Source of the DNA: a bacterium
Lineage (GTDB): Bacteria > Zhuqueibacterota > Zhuqueibacteria > Zhuqueibacterales > Zhuqueibacteraceae
Reading direction: 5' to 3'
Length of the DNA stretch: 11,810 bases
Assembly: GCA_044869275.1 (NCBI GenBank)
Contig: JBIOXB010000072.1
Span: forward strand, 1 to 11,810
Part shown: positions 1 through 7,402 of the stretch, piece after piece
How positions within the stretch are numbered: position 1 is the first letter of the stretch
Layout of the letters: each line of letters starts with the position of its first letter
Position numbers and translations under genes: made by a program
The notes under the pieces: generated by a model
What the model saw: only the letters and a program-made list of their open reading frames with translations
The model's database searches: none
What the model was told of the DNA's origin: nothing

Positions 1-41
1 GCTTTAAAAGCCGGTGTAAAGCTTCTCCGGTTTCGTGACAT
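1..41 (-). CDS. IS3-family transposase OrfA, N-terminal fragment (partial)
   Basis: GAGGGAG RBS (49-55) then ATG at 41: MSRNRRSFTPAFKA, matching the 'RR.F.pEFKa' start of IS3 OrfA HTH proteins. Runs off the window. Confidence 0.75.
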   Translation of the reverse strand, partial: MSRNRRSFTPAFK

Positions 42-124
42 GTTGGTGCTCCCTCTTGCTTGAACCAATATAAGCTACCCAGTTATACCTTAGCAAGAGT
101 GTCCAACTTTAGGGGTGCAGTGCA
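1..124 (-). mobile_element. Left end of an IS3-family insertion sequence (truncated by window edge)
   Basis: Minus strand from 124 reads TGCACTGCACCCCTAAAGTTGGACA, a TG-initiated end typical of IS3-family (IS150-like) left IRs. It is followed by an RBS and an OrfA-like start. Confidence 0.8.
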
Positions 125-428
125 CACGTTTCATAAAGCAGCGAATTCAATCCGCTCAAACCAGACTATTCCAATTGCTATTTCAGCTTTGTCGTAGGAT
201 TTCAATCTTGTCTTACCAATGAGGGGAACCGTATCGGAAATATTGTGCGGCAGCGAAAGCAATCGACGTAATTCTTTTCTCGCAGCCAGCAAAGAAACAC
301 CTGGTCAGTGAGAACTTGTCTATAGGCGCTTACAGGCTAGGAACGGTATATGATTTGCTTGGGACTGCAATGAGCCAAGACTGAGGGAATTGATGAAGTT
401 CCTGATCCACACTAACAAGGAGGTTTTC

Positions 429-1145
429 ATGAAGAAGTATCTGAAGGTGAGTCTGGGAGCAAGTCTCGTGGCCTGTGTTTGTGCTTTTATGTGGGCATGC
501 GAGTCGAAGAACGGTGTCTCAAGCAACAACACCACCTCTGATGATGCTCTTCTGGCCCAGGCAATGCAGGATGCGCAATCCGTTGTACAAAGCCTGGGAA
601 ATGGCGCTCCGAGCGGCGCACATTACAACCTCAACATGATCGGCGTGCCGAAACAAAAGACCGCCGACATGTCGGATAACAGCGGTCATCGCATTTTCAT
701 GAGCCTTGAAGGCAAAACGAAAGTGATGCTGGCGGAAGGCGACTTCGCGGTGTTGGACGCCAATGGCACCGACGGCACGGCCTCCTTTCAGTTGCCGAAT
801 CCGGATCCTCTCAATACTGGCGTCACCGCATATTCCGTATTCGCCAGAGCGCTGGGCAAACCGGGCGGCTCAGCTTCAATCACGACTTGCGCTACGGATA
901 CTGCCGGCGTGCAATACTGCAGCGTCTACTCCACCATCCAGACCCGGGACAAAGGCAACAGCACGTTCACAGACATATCCCGTGACCTCCTCTACATCTA
1001 CGCGGACTTGAACGCAGACGGTGTTTTGGAAAGGTATCCTCTCTTTAGCGATGCCTTGCAAGGGTATTTCTGGGATTACGACAATGCCGGGCTCAAGCTG
1101 CTGCAACTGAGATTTTATCCGGTTCCCTCCAACGTCGGCGGATGA
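429..1145 (+). CDS. Secreted, probably lipid-anchored hypothetical protein (238 aa)
   Basis: AAGGAGG RBS (417-423) before ATG 429. N-terminus MKKYLK + hydrophobic stretch + lipobox-like MWAC, then a Ser/Asn/Thr linker and a globular domain (GNGAPSGAHYNLN...YFWDYDNAGLKLLQLRFYP). Confidence 0.8.
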   Translation: MKKYLKVSLGASLVACVCAFMWACESKNGVSSNNTTSDDALLAQAMQDAQSVVQSLGNGAPSGAHYNLNMIGVPKQKTADMSDNSGHRIFMSLEGKTKVMLAEGDFAVLDANGTDGTASFQLPNPDPLNTGVTAYSVFARALGKPGGSASITTCATDTAGVQYCSVYSTIQTRDKGNSTFTDISRDLLYIYADLNADGVLERYPLFSDALQGYFWDYDNAGLKLLQLRFYPVPSNVGG

Positions 1146-1234
1146 AAAACGATCACGTGAACTTAGTTAGCGCAGTCGGTGCGTGAAATTCTAGATGCTG
1201 CTCTCAGATCGTTAAAACCCAAGATTTTTAGCCA

Positions 1235-1283
1235 CGAAGGCACAAAGAAGACCAAGACTTTCTTGGAATCCTTTGTGCCTTCG
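1235..1283. terminator. Compound hairpin between convergent genes (possible bidirectional terminator or palindromic repeat)
   Basis: Perfect 13-bp IR CGAAGGCACAAAG (1235-1247) / CTTTGTGCCTTCG (1271-1283) with inner CCAAGA/TCTTGG stem, between stops at 1145 (+) and 1289 (-). Confidence 0.55.
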
Positions 1284-1288
1284 CCGTT

Positions 1289-3724
1289 TTATTCATATCG
1301 CAAGGATTCGACCGGGTTCGCGCGCGCGGCTTTGAGGGCTTGTGCACTCACGGTGAGCAAAGCAATGAGCAAGGCCGCTCCGCCTGCCAGCGCAAACACC
1401 CACCAGCCCTGGTCGATGCGATACGCAAAACTCTGCAGCCATTGCTGCATGGCAAAATAAGCCACCGGCCACGCGAGCAGGTTGGCAAGCAAGACCAGCT
1501 TGACAAATTCACTGGAGAGCAATCCCATGATGTTGGGCGTGGTGGCGCCGAGGATTTTCCGAATGCCGATTTCCTTCGTGCGTTGCTCCGTCGCGTAGGT
1601 TGCCAAACCCAGCAAGCCCAGACACGAAATGAAAATGCCCAAGCAGGCAAAAACTCCGATCAAAGCTCCAATAGTCCGGTCGCCGCGGTAATACGATTCC
1701 AGGCGATCGTCCAGAAAATACGACGTGAACGGCTGGCCGTTGCTGAACAAGGCCCATTGCTCTTGCACGGCGTGTACGATATCCGGAAGATGGCCGCGCA
1801 CGCGCAGGACGATACGCGTGGGCGCGCCGTGAGAAACCAAAATGACCATCGGATGAATGGGCAAATGCAGAGGCTCATAGTGGAAGTCTTCCGTCACCCC
1901 GATGATTTCCATTGCCTTTACTTGCTTGCCAAAAAAGCCGATCAAATTCCTGCCGACCGGATGCTCATATCCCAGCATTTTTGCCGCGCGTTCGTTGATC
2001 AAGACGGCGCCGGTGGAATCGGAGGAGAGGCCCGGTGAGAAGTATCGTCCATCTCTTAATTTGATGCCCATGGTGGCAACGTAATCGGGGTCGCACCAGA
2101 GCTGGCGCAGCATCAGGAGGTTGGCATGATCGTCCTCCTCGCGCCGGTACGCACCACTGCCAACGTCATTACCGGGAAGATTCTGCGTGAACGCCGCGGC
2201 CACGATGCCGGGCTGGTGCAGCAGCAATTCCTTGAAGCTCTCGGTTTGGTTGCCGAGCAGCCAGGTATTATCCACCACCAGCATCTGTTCCTGGTCAAAT
2301 CCGAGGTCGCGGGACCGGACGAACTGGAGCTGGCGATACACCACAATCGTTCCCACAATCAATGTAATCGCCACGGCAAACTGGGCAACGACCAGCGCGC
2401 TGCGCAATCGCCCGCTGCGCATGCCCGTGCGCAACTCACCCTTCAACACTTGGGCAGGCTGAAACGAGGAGAGCACAAACGCCGGGTAGCCTCCTGCCAG
2501 GACGCCGACCAGGAGCGTAAACATCAACAGACCGGCAATTACCCACGGCGTAGCGAGCAGGGTGAGAGAGAGGGCTTTGCCCGCAAGGGTGTTGACGGCA
2601 GGCAGCGCCAACTGCATGAGAGCCAGGCTGACCAGAATCGCCATGGCTGCCAGCAGCACGGCTTCGCCCAGGAACAGAGAAGCCAGTTGTGAAACCTGTG
2701 AGCCGAGCACCTTGCGCACGCCGACTTCTTTGGCACGATGCGCCGAACGCGCGGTGCTGAGGTTCATGAAGTTGATGCAGGCGGTCAGCAAAATGAACAC
2801 GGCGATCATGATAAACGCGTACACGGTGGCGATGTTACCGGGGGGAAAAATTTCTTCATCAAGTTTGGAGTGCAAGTGAATTCCGGTCAGCGGCTGGAAA
2901 CTGTAGCGATAGAACATACCCCGTGCTTCCATATCTTCCCAAGCTCCGCCAAACACTTCTTGGATCAGGGGGCGAACGTGCTGCGCCACCAGGGCGTGTA
3001 ACGTGGCCGCCACGTGTGCGCGGGAAGCGCCTGCCTTGAGCAGCACATAGGTATTCCAATTGTTGCTGATCCAGGTATCGGTATCGGGGAAGGGTGCTGA
3101 GACGGCGGAGGCGAGAAAATCAAAACGCCAGTGGGACTGCTGCGGAAATGCCTTCACGATTCCGCAGACCATGTATTGCAGGCGCCCATCCAGTAGCAAG
3201 ATTTTCCCGAGCGGCGATTCCTCGCCAAAATACTTGCGCGCCATGATATCGGTCAACACGATCGTGTTTGGCTGAGTCAAAAAAGCATTCTGCTCTCCGG
3301 CCATCACCTCAACTGTAAACACGTCGAAAAAGGATGAGTCTGTGAAGAAGAGCAACCTTTCATTGAACGCCTTGTCGCCGTAACGCACGGCCCAGTTTCG
3401 GGTGGTTCCGCCGCCGCCGCCGCCGCGAAAATGCGTGGCCGCCTCGACTTCCGGCAACTCTGCGCGCAGAGCAGCGACCAGCGGAGCGCTACTTCGTGCC
3501 GTCCGGAAATCCTTCTCCTGCAAGCGAGCATCAAGAGTTAGGCGGTAAATGCGGTCAGCGTGTTTATGGAAGCGGTCATACGAAAGCTCATCCCATACCA
3601 GCATGCTGATGATGAGAAAACAGCTCATGCCGACCGCCAACCCGGCGACGTTGATCACCGCATAGACCTTCTGCTGGCGCAAGTTCCGGATCGCAATCTT
3701 GGCATAATTTCCGAGCATAAACAT
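1289..3724 (-). CDS. ABC transporter permease, MacB/FtsX-like duplicated type (811 aa)
   Basis: N-terminal 'NYxKIAxRNL...INVxGLAVG', two periplasmic domains, two FtsX-like motifs (RAKEVGVRKVLG, RTKEIGIRKILG) and C-terminal 'NPVESLRYE'. Start at 3724 or 3718. Confidence 0.92.
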   Translation of the reverse strand: MFMLGNYAKIAIRNLRQQKVYAVINVAGLAVGMSCFLIISMLVWDELSYDRFHKHADRIYRLTLDARLQEKDFRTARSSAPLVAALRAELPEVEAATHFRGGGGGGTTRNWAVRYGDKAFNERLLFFTDSSFFDVFTVEVMAGEQNAFLTQPNTIVLTDIMARKYFGEESPLGKILLLDGRLQYMVCGIVKAFPQQSHWRFDFLASAVSAPFPDTDTWISNNWNTYVLLKAGASRAHVAATLHALVAQHVRPLIQEVFGGAWEDMEARGMFYRYSFQPLTGIHLHSKLDEEIFPPGNIATVYAFIMIAVFILLTACINFMNLSTARSAHRAKEVGVRKVLGSQVSQLASLFLGEAVLLAAMAILVSLALMQLALPAVNTLAGKALSLTLLATPWVIAGLLMFTLLVGVLAGGYPAFVLSSFQPAQVLKGELRTGMRSGRLRSALVVAQFAVAITLIVGTIVVYRQLQFVRSRDLGFDQEQMLVVDNTWLLGNQTESFKELLLHQPGIVAAAFTQNLPGNDVGSGAYRREEDDHANLLMLRQLWCDPDYVATMGIKLRDGRYFSPGLSSDSTGAVLINERAAKMLGYEHPVGRNLIGFFGKQVKAMEIIGVTEDFHYEPLHLPIHPMVILVSHGAPTRIVLRVRGHLPDIVHAVQEQWALFSNGQPFTSYFLDDRLESYYRGDRTIGALIGVFACLGIFISCLGLLGLATYATEQRTKEIGIRKILGATTPNIMGLLSSEFVKLVLLANLLAWPVAYFAMQQWLQSFAYRIDQGWWVFALAGGAALLIALLTVSAQALKAARANPVESLRYE

Positions 3725-3758
3725 ACTTTTTTCCCGCTTTCACACGGCGCAATTCATG

Positions 3759-3867
3759 CTAGTGCATTGTAACCTTAATTTTTGAAGGTCACCCTGAGCG
3801 AAGTCGAAGGGCGGCATGGTTCGACTCCGCTCACCATGACTAAAAAATTATGGTAACAGTGTACTAG
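3759..3867. mobile_element. 109-bp MITE-like element with IS630-like CTAG-ended TIRs enclosing a REP-like palindrome pair
   Basis: 25-bp TIRs with 21/25 match: CTAGTGCATTGTAACCTTAATTTTT (3759-3783) and AAAAATTATGGTAACAGTGTACTAG (3843-3867). Core GTCACCCTGAGCGAAGTCGAAGGG...TTCGACTCCGCTCACCATGAC (3788-3840). Confidence 0.7.
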
Positions 3868-3885
3868 TTTATTTTCCACTCTTGC

Positions 3886-5349
3886 TCACCACCGTACCGG
3901 CTTCTGATGCAAATTGACGTACACCTGCTTCGTTTGCAGATAATTCTCGATGCCGTATTTCCCCAGCTCGCGGCCTATGCCGCTTTGTTTATATCCGCCC
4001 CAGGGCCCTTCCATTGGAGCGGGGTGATAGTGATTGACCCACACTATGCCGGCGCGTATTTTTTTCACGAGCTGCATGGCTTTGGTGAAATCTTTCGTCC
4101 ACACACCTGCGGCTAAGCCGTAATGCGTATGATTGGCAAGCGCAATGGCCTCTTGTTCATTTTCAAAAGGAATGATTGCCACCACCGGCCCGAAGACCTC
4201 TTCCTGCGCCAAGCGTGAATTGAAGTCGACCTGGTCAAAAATCGTGGGCTCAATAAAATAGCCTTGGGCCAGTGCGCCGGAAGGGCGGTTTCCGCCGCAA
4301 ACCAGCTTGGCACCATCTTCTTTTCCAATGCGAATATAGCTTTCCACGCGCTCACGATGCTCTGCCGTCACCAACGGCCCCATTTTCGTGTCGGATTCCA
4401 GTCCGTCGCCCAAACGAATCTGCCTGGCGCGTTCCGCCATCGCTTCGACCAATTGCTGGTGAATCGACTTCTCCACCAAAATGCGCGAGCCGGCAGAACA
4501 CACCTCGCCTTGATTATAGAAAATTCCAAACACCGCACCGGCAATCGCCATTTCAAAATCCGCATCCGCGAAAAAAATATTCGGCGATTTGCCGCCCAGC
4601 TCCAGCGTCACTTTCTTGAGGTTTGTCTCCGCCGCGGTTTTGAGAATCCACTTTCCCACTTCCGTACTGCCGGTGAAAGCGATTTTATCGACCTCGTGGC
4701 TTTTCACCAAAGCCGCGCCCACCGTCGGACCGTCGCCGGTAATGATATTCACCGTGCCTTTGGGCAGTTCGGCAATGCCATCGAGAATCTCGGCGAGCTG
4801 GAGTGCCGTGAGTGGGGTTTGCTCGGCGGGTTTCAATACGAGTGTACAACCTGCTGCCAGCGCCGGGGCGATTTTCCACGCCGCCATCATCAGCGGAAAA
4901 TTCCACGGAATGATTTGCCCGCACACGCCCACGGGTTCCTTCAATGTAAAATCCAAAGCGCGGCCAGAAATGGGATTGACTTCTCCGGTTATTTTGTTCG
5001 CCAAGCCGCCGTAGTATTCGAAGCAATCCGCGGCGTCGGCAACATCGCCTTCGGATTCAGACAGGGGCTTGCCCATGTTCATGGTTTCGAGCCGGGCCAG
5101 TTCCTCCGCCCGGCCGCGAATGGCTTCGGCAATTTTCAGAAGAATGCGGCCGCGTTTGGCCGGCGCAAGATTCGGCCATTCGCCTTCATCAAATTCCCGC
5201 CGCGCGGCAGCGATGGCTCTTTCAACATCGGCAACTGTGGCTTCGGGAACATGCGCCATGACTTCAGCTTTGGCGGGGTTGTAAATATCGCGCGTTTGCT
5301 TGTTACCAGCCTCGACGAATTTGCCGTCGGTATACATGCGGTAAATCAT
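3886..5349 (-). CDS. NAD(P)-dependent aldehyde dehydrogenase, betaine-aldehyde/aminoaldehyde (GbsA-like) type (487 aa)
   Basis: ALDH motifs GQIIPWNFP, FTGSTEVG, LELGGKSP (catalytic Glu), NQGEVCSAG (catalytic Cys), EEVFGPV, PWGGYKQSGIGRELG. GGAG RBS upstream of ATG 5349. Substrate is inferred. Confidence 0.93.
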   Translation of the reverse strand: MIYRMYTDGKFVEAGNKQTRDIYNPAKAEVMAHVPEATVADVERAIAAARREFDEGEWPNLAPAKRGRILLKIAEAIRGRAEELARLETMNMGKPLSESEGDVADAADCFEYYGGLANKITGEVNPISGRALDFTLKEPVGVCGQIIPWNFPLMMAAWKIAPALAAGCTLVLKPAEQTPLTALQLAEILDGIAELPKGTVNIITGDGPTVGAALVKSHEVDKIAFTGSTEVGKWILKTAAETNLKKVTLELGGKSPNIFFADADFEMAIAGAVFGIFYNQGEVCSAGSRILVEKSIHQQLVEAMAERARQIRLGDGLESDTKMGPLVTAEHRERVESYIRIGKEDGAKLVCGGNRPSGALAQGYFIEPTIFDQVDFNSRLAQEEVFGPVVAIIPFENEQEAIALANHTHYGLAAGVWTKDFTKAMQLVKKIRAGIVWVNHYHPAPMEGPWGGYKQSGIGRELGKYGIENYLQTKQVYVNLHQKPVRW

Positions 5350-5457
5350 TTTTTGCTCCAAAGATTTTTGTTGAATCCGTGTCTTAATCGTCTTATTTTA
5401 CCCTATTGGATTTGGAACAGCAATTGCTCAGGTAAATTCAAGCTTGGGGAGAATGCT

Positions 5458-5700
5458 ATGAATCTCAACGTCATTCGCAGGTTTGTGAACTCGCAGCCCT
5501 TTAAGCCGCTGGTGTTTCATCTGGACAATGGTGAAAAGCAACTGATCAAACATCCGGAGATCATTGTAACCGAAGATATGATCATCGCGGTGGATGATGA
5601 CGGACTACCAGTGATCCTTGCTCCGGAAGCGATCAGCTCAATTCATCGTACCCGCAGTACCGCGCGTCGCCGCCCGAGGCGAACAGCATCGCGACGGTGA
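5458..5700 (+). CDS. Small hypothetical protein (80 aa) with Arg-rich C-terminal tail
   Basis: GGGGAGA RBS before ATG 5458; fills the ALDH-APC gap without overlap. MNLNVIRRFVNSQPFKPLVFHLDNGEKQLIKHPE shows a 'PF.P.....G......HPE' pattern I recall from uncharacterised small proteins. It is the 3' end of track ORF 4264..5700. Confidence 0.75.
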   Translation: MNLNVIRRFVNSQPFKPLVFHLDNGEKQLIKHPEIIVTEDMIIAVDDDGLPVILAPEAISSIHRTRSTARRRPRRTASRR

Positions 5701-5746
5701 AGCAACTCCGGACAGAAGAATCATGGTGATTTGCACCACCACGCCC

Positions 5747-7084
5747 TCAAAGAGTCCTGCCTGCAACGGCGTGTTTTCTTAGTATTCTCACGATGACATA
5801 CGCCACCGGCCCGGACAGCAAAGCCAGCCCGCCGATCAGAAATTGTTTCGGATTGAACACCCCCTCTTCAAACACTGTGCTGCCCATCGCCACGAGAGCG
5901 ATCACACCAGTGGGAAACATCGCCACAAACATACCCGCCTTCCCGAAGGGAACCCGAAATGGCCGTTTCATTTCCGGATGCTGGCGCCGCAGGGCCCACA
6001 CGTTGGCATAGATCAAAATATTGCTCGACATTTGAAACCAGCAATAGATGATAATCAGCTGCGTAAAATCGAACAGTGTGAGCACGCTGTACGTCAGGCT
6101 TCCCAACAGCAAAGAAAGGGTGGGTGTGCCAAAGCGCGGGTGCAATTTCGTGAGAAATTTCGGGAAAAAGCCGTCTTCCGCCAAGGTCAAGGGATAACGC
6201 GAAGCTGCGAGCATGGTCACATTCAGCAACAAGGCATTGCTGCACAGCGCGCCGAAGGTCATGAAATGGCCGAGCCACGCGCCGCCAATTTGCGCAGCCG
6301 CGGGTGAAAAATAGGCTCCGGCCCATTCCTGCCAGTTACCGAGTGCCGCGAGCCCGGCGAGCGTGGGCAAGACATAGCTCAACATCGCCAGCGTCGCCGC
6401 AAACAGCAGAGCCGGTGGAAAAATGCGCTGTGGATTTTCGACTTCTTCGGCGGCGGCCGAGAGTTTGTCATATCCAGAATAAAGCCAGATGGCGAGCACC
6501 AAGGCGCTGCCGAATCCGGTGATGAGATTTTTTCCCGGCGCCAATAAAGGCGAAAAGGGATGGTACTGCCATTGCGCCACGCCGAGCACCAGCATGATCA
6601 CGAAAGGCGCGAGCAGAATGAAGCTCAGCACAATCGCGGTGTTGCCCACCACTTGAATGCCGCGCACGTTGAGAAAATGCGAAAACCAAATGAGCCCCAG
6701 GCACGCCAGCCAATGATAGCCGCCGGTGAGCTGCGGCAGCCAGTTTTGCAGATAATCCGCAAACAGCACGACAAAAGAACCGTTAGTGACCACGCCCGTC
6801 ATCCACGCCCACCAGCCCGCTTGAAACCCCCAGAAATCGCCGAAGGCCATGCGCGACCAGCGGTACTGCCCGCCTTCGACTGGAAGCATGGTCGTCAATT
6901 CCGCGACGGCAAAGGAAATCGGGATGCTGAACAGGAAAGGCATGACCACCAGCGTGATCAACGCGATGCCCGGCCCCGCCCCGGAAATCATGTCTTCCAG
7001 GCCGAAGGCGCCGGCGCAGGCCGCGCCGTAAATCATGAAAGTGAGTTGGATGAAGTTGGCTTTTTTCGCCGTCACCGAAGTCAC
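5747..7084 (-). CDS. APC-family amino acid/polyamine permease (445 aa)
   Basis: About 12 hydrophobic segments; motifs GAFGLED, AELTTMLPVEGGQYRW, FGDFWGFQAGWW, YSGYD...AEEVENP, LAEDGFFP...HPRFGTP, RPFRVP. GGAG RBS 5 nt before GTG 7084. Confidence 0.92.
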   Translation of the reverse strand: MTSVTAKKANFIQLTFMIYGAACAGAFGLEDMISGAGPGIALITLVVMPFLFSIPISFAVAELTTMLPVEGGQYRWSRMAFGDFWGFQAGWWAWMTGVVTNGSFVVLFADYLQNWLPQLTGGYHWLACLGLIWFSHFLNVRGIQVVGNTAIVLSFILLAPFVIMLVLGVAQWQYHPFSPLLAPGKNLITGFGSALVLAIWLYSGYDKLSAAAEEVENPQRIFPPALLFAATLAMLSYVLPTLAGLAALGNWQEWAGAYFSPAAAQIGGAWLGHFMTFGALCSNALLLNVTMLAASRYPLTLAEDGFFPKFLTKLHPRFGTPTLSLLLGSLTYSVLTLFDFTQLIIIYCWFQMSSNILIYANVWALRRQHPEMKRPFRVPFGKAGMFVAMFPTGVIALVAMGSTVFEEGVFNPKQFLIGGLALLSGPVAYVIVRILRKHAVAGRTL

Positions 7085-7105
7085 GCAAGCTCCGCCAGGA
7101 TGAGA

Positions 7106-7145
7106 GGGATCGTGGGATTGTTGGATAATGGGATTGCGGGATAAG
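7106..7145. repeat. Five tandem degenerate octamers (KGGATNNN)
   Basis: gggatcgt gggattgt tggataat gggattgc gggataag, exact 8-nt period, just upstream of the APC permease start. Confidence 0.7.
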
Positions 7146-7259
7146 CGCTTGGCAAAATAAACTCGAATAAAAATTTGAAAGTTGTTTGCATCTCTCCACT
7201 CTATTTCAACGCGGAGAACTTAGCTTGACAATGTTAGCTTAAATTCGCGCCCACTCAAT

Positions 7260-7361
7260 CTGTCATCCCGAAGATTTGGGATCTTCCCAAGCGCTGAGCA
7301 CAAGACCGAAATGAACAGTGATACTGCATCATGGGAAGATCCCGAAGCATCGGGATGACAG
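7260..7361. repeat. REPIN-like inverted pair of GTCA-type REP palindromes
   Basis: 30-bp arms with 27/30 match: CTGTCATCCCGAAGATTTGGGATCTTCCCA (7260-7289) and TGGGAAGATCCCGAAGCATCGGGATGACAG (7332-7361). Each arm holds a small internal hairpin. Confidence 0.8.
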
Positions 7362-7402
7362 TATTGGTATTTGTGCAAACACATGAAATTAACGTTGTAG
7401 TA

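Noticed and set aside
125..416. Riboswitch or ncRNA upstream of the lipoprotein gene
   Set aside because: No recognisable aptamer consensus or stable long stem by eye; an Rfam scan would be needed.
4264..5457. 478-aa plus-strand ORF 4264..5700
   Set aside because: Antisense shadow of the ALDH gene; only the last 80 codons look like a real gene.
7228..7398. Possible outer TIR around the 7260 REPIN (ACAATGTTAGCTT / AAATTAACGTTGT), and a similar faint envelope at 8568-8694
   Set aside because: Only 10/13 match in AT-rich sequence; too weak to call without other copies.
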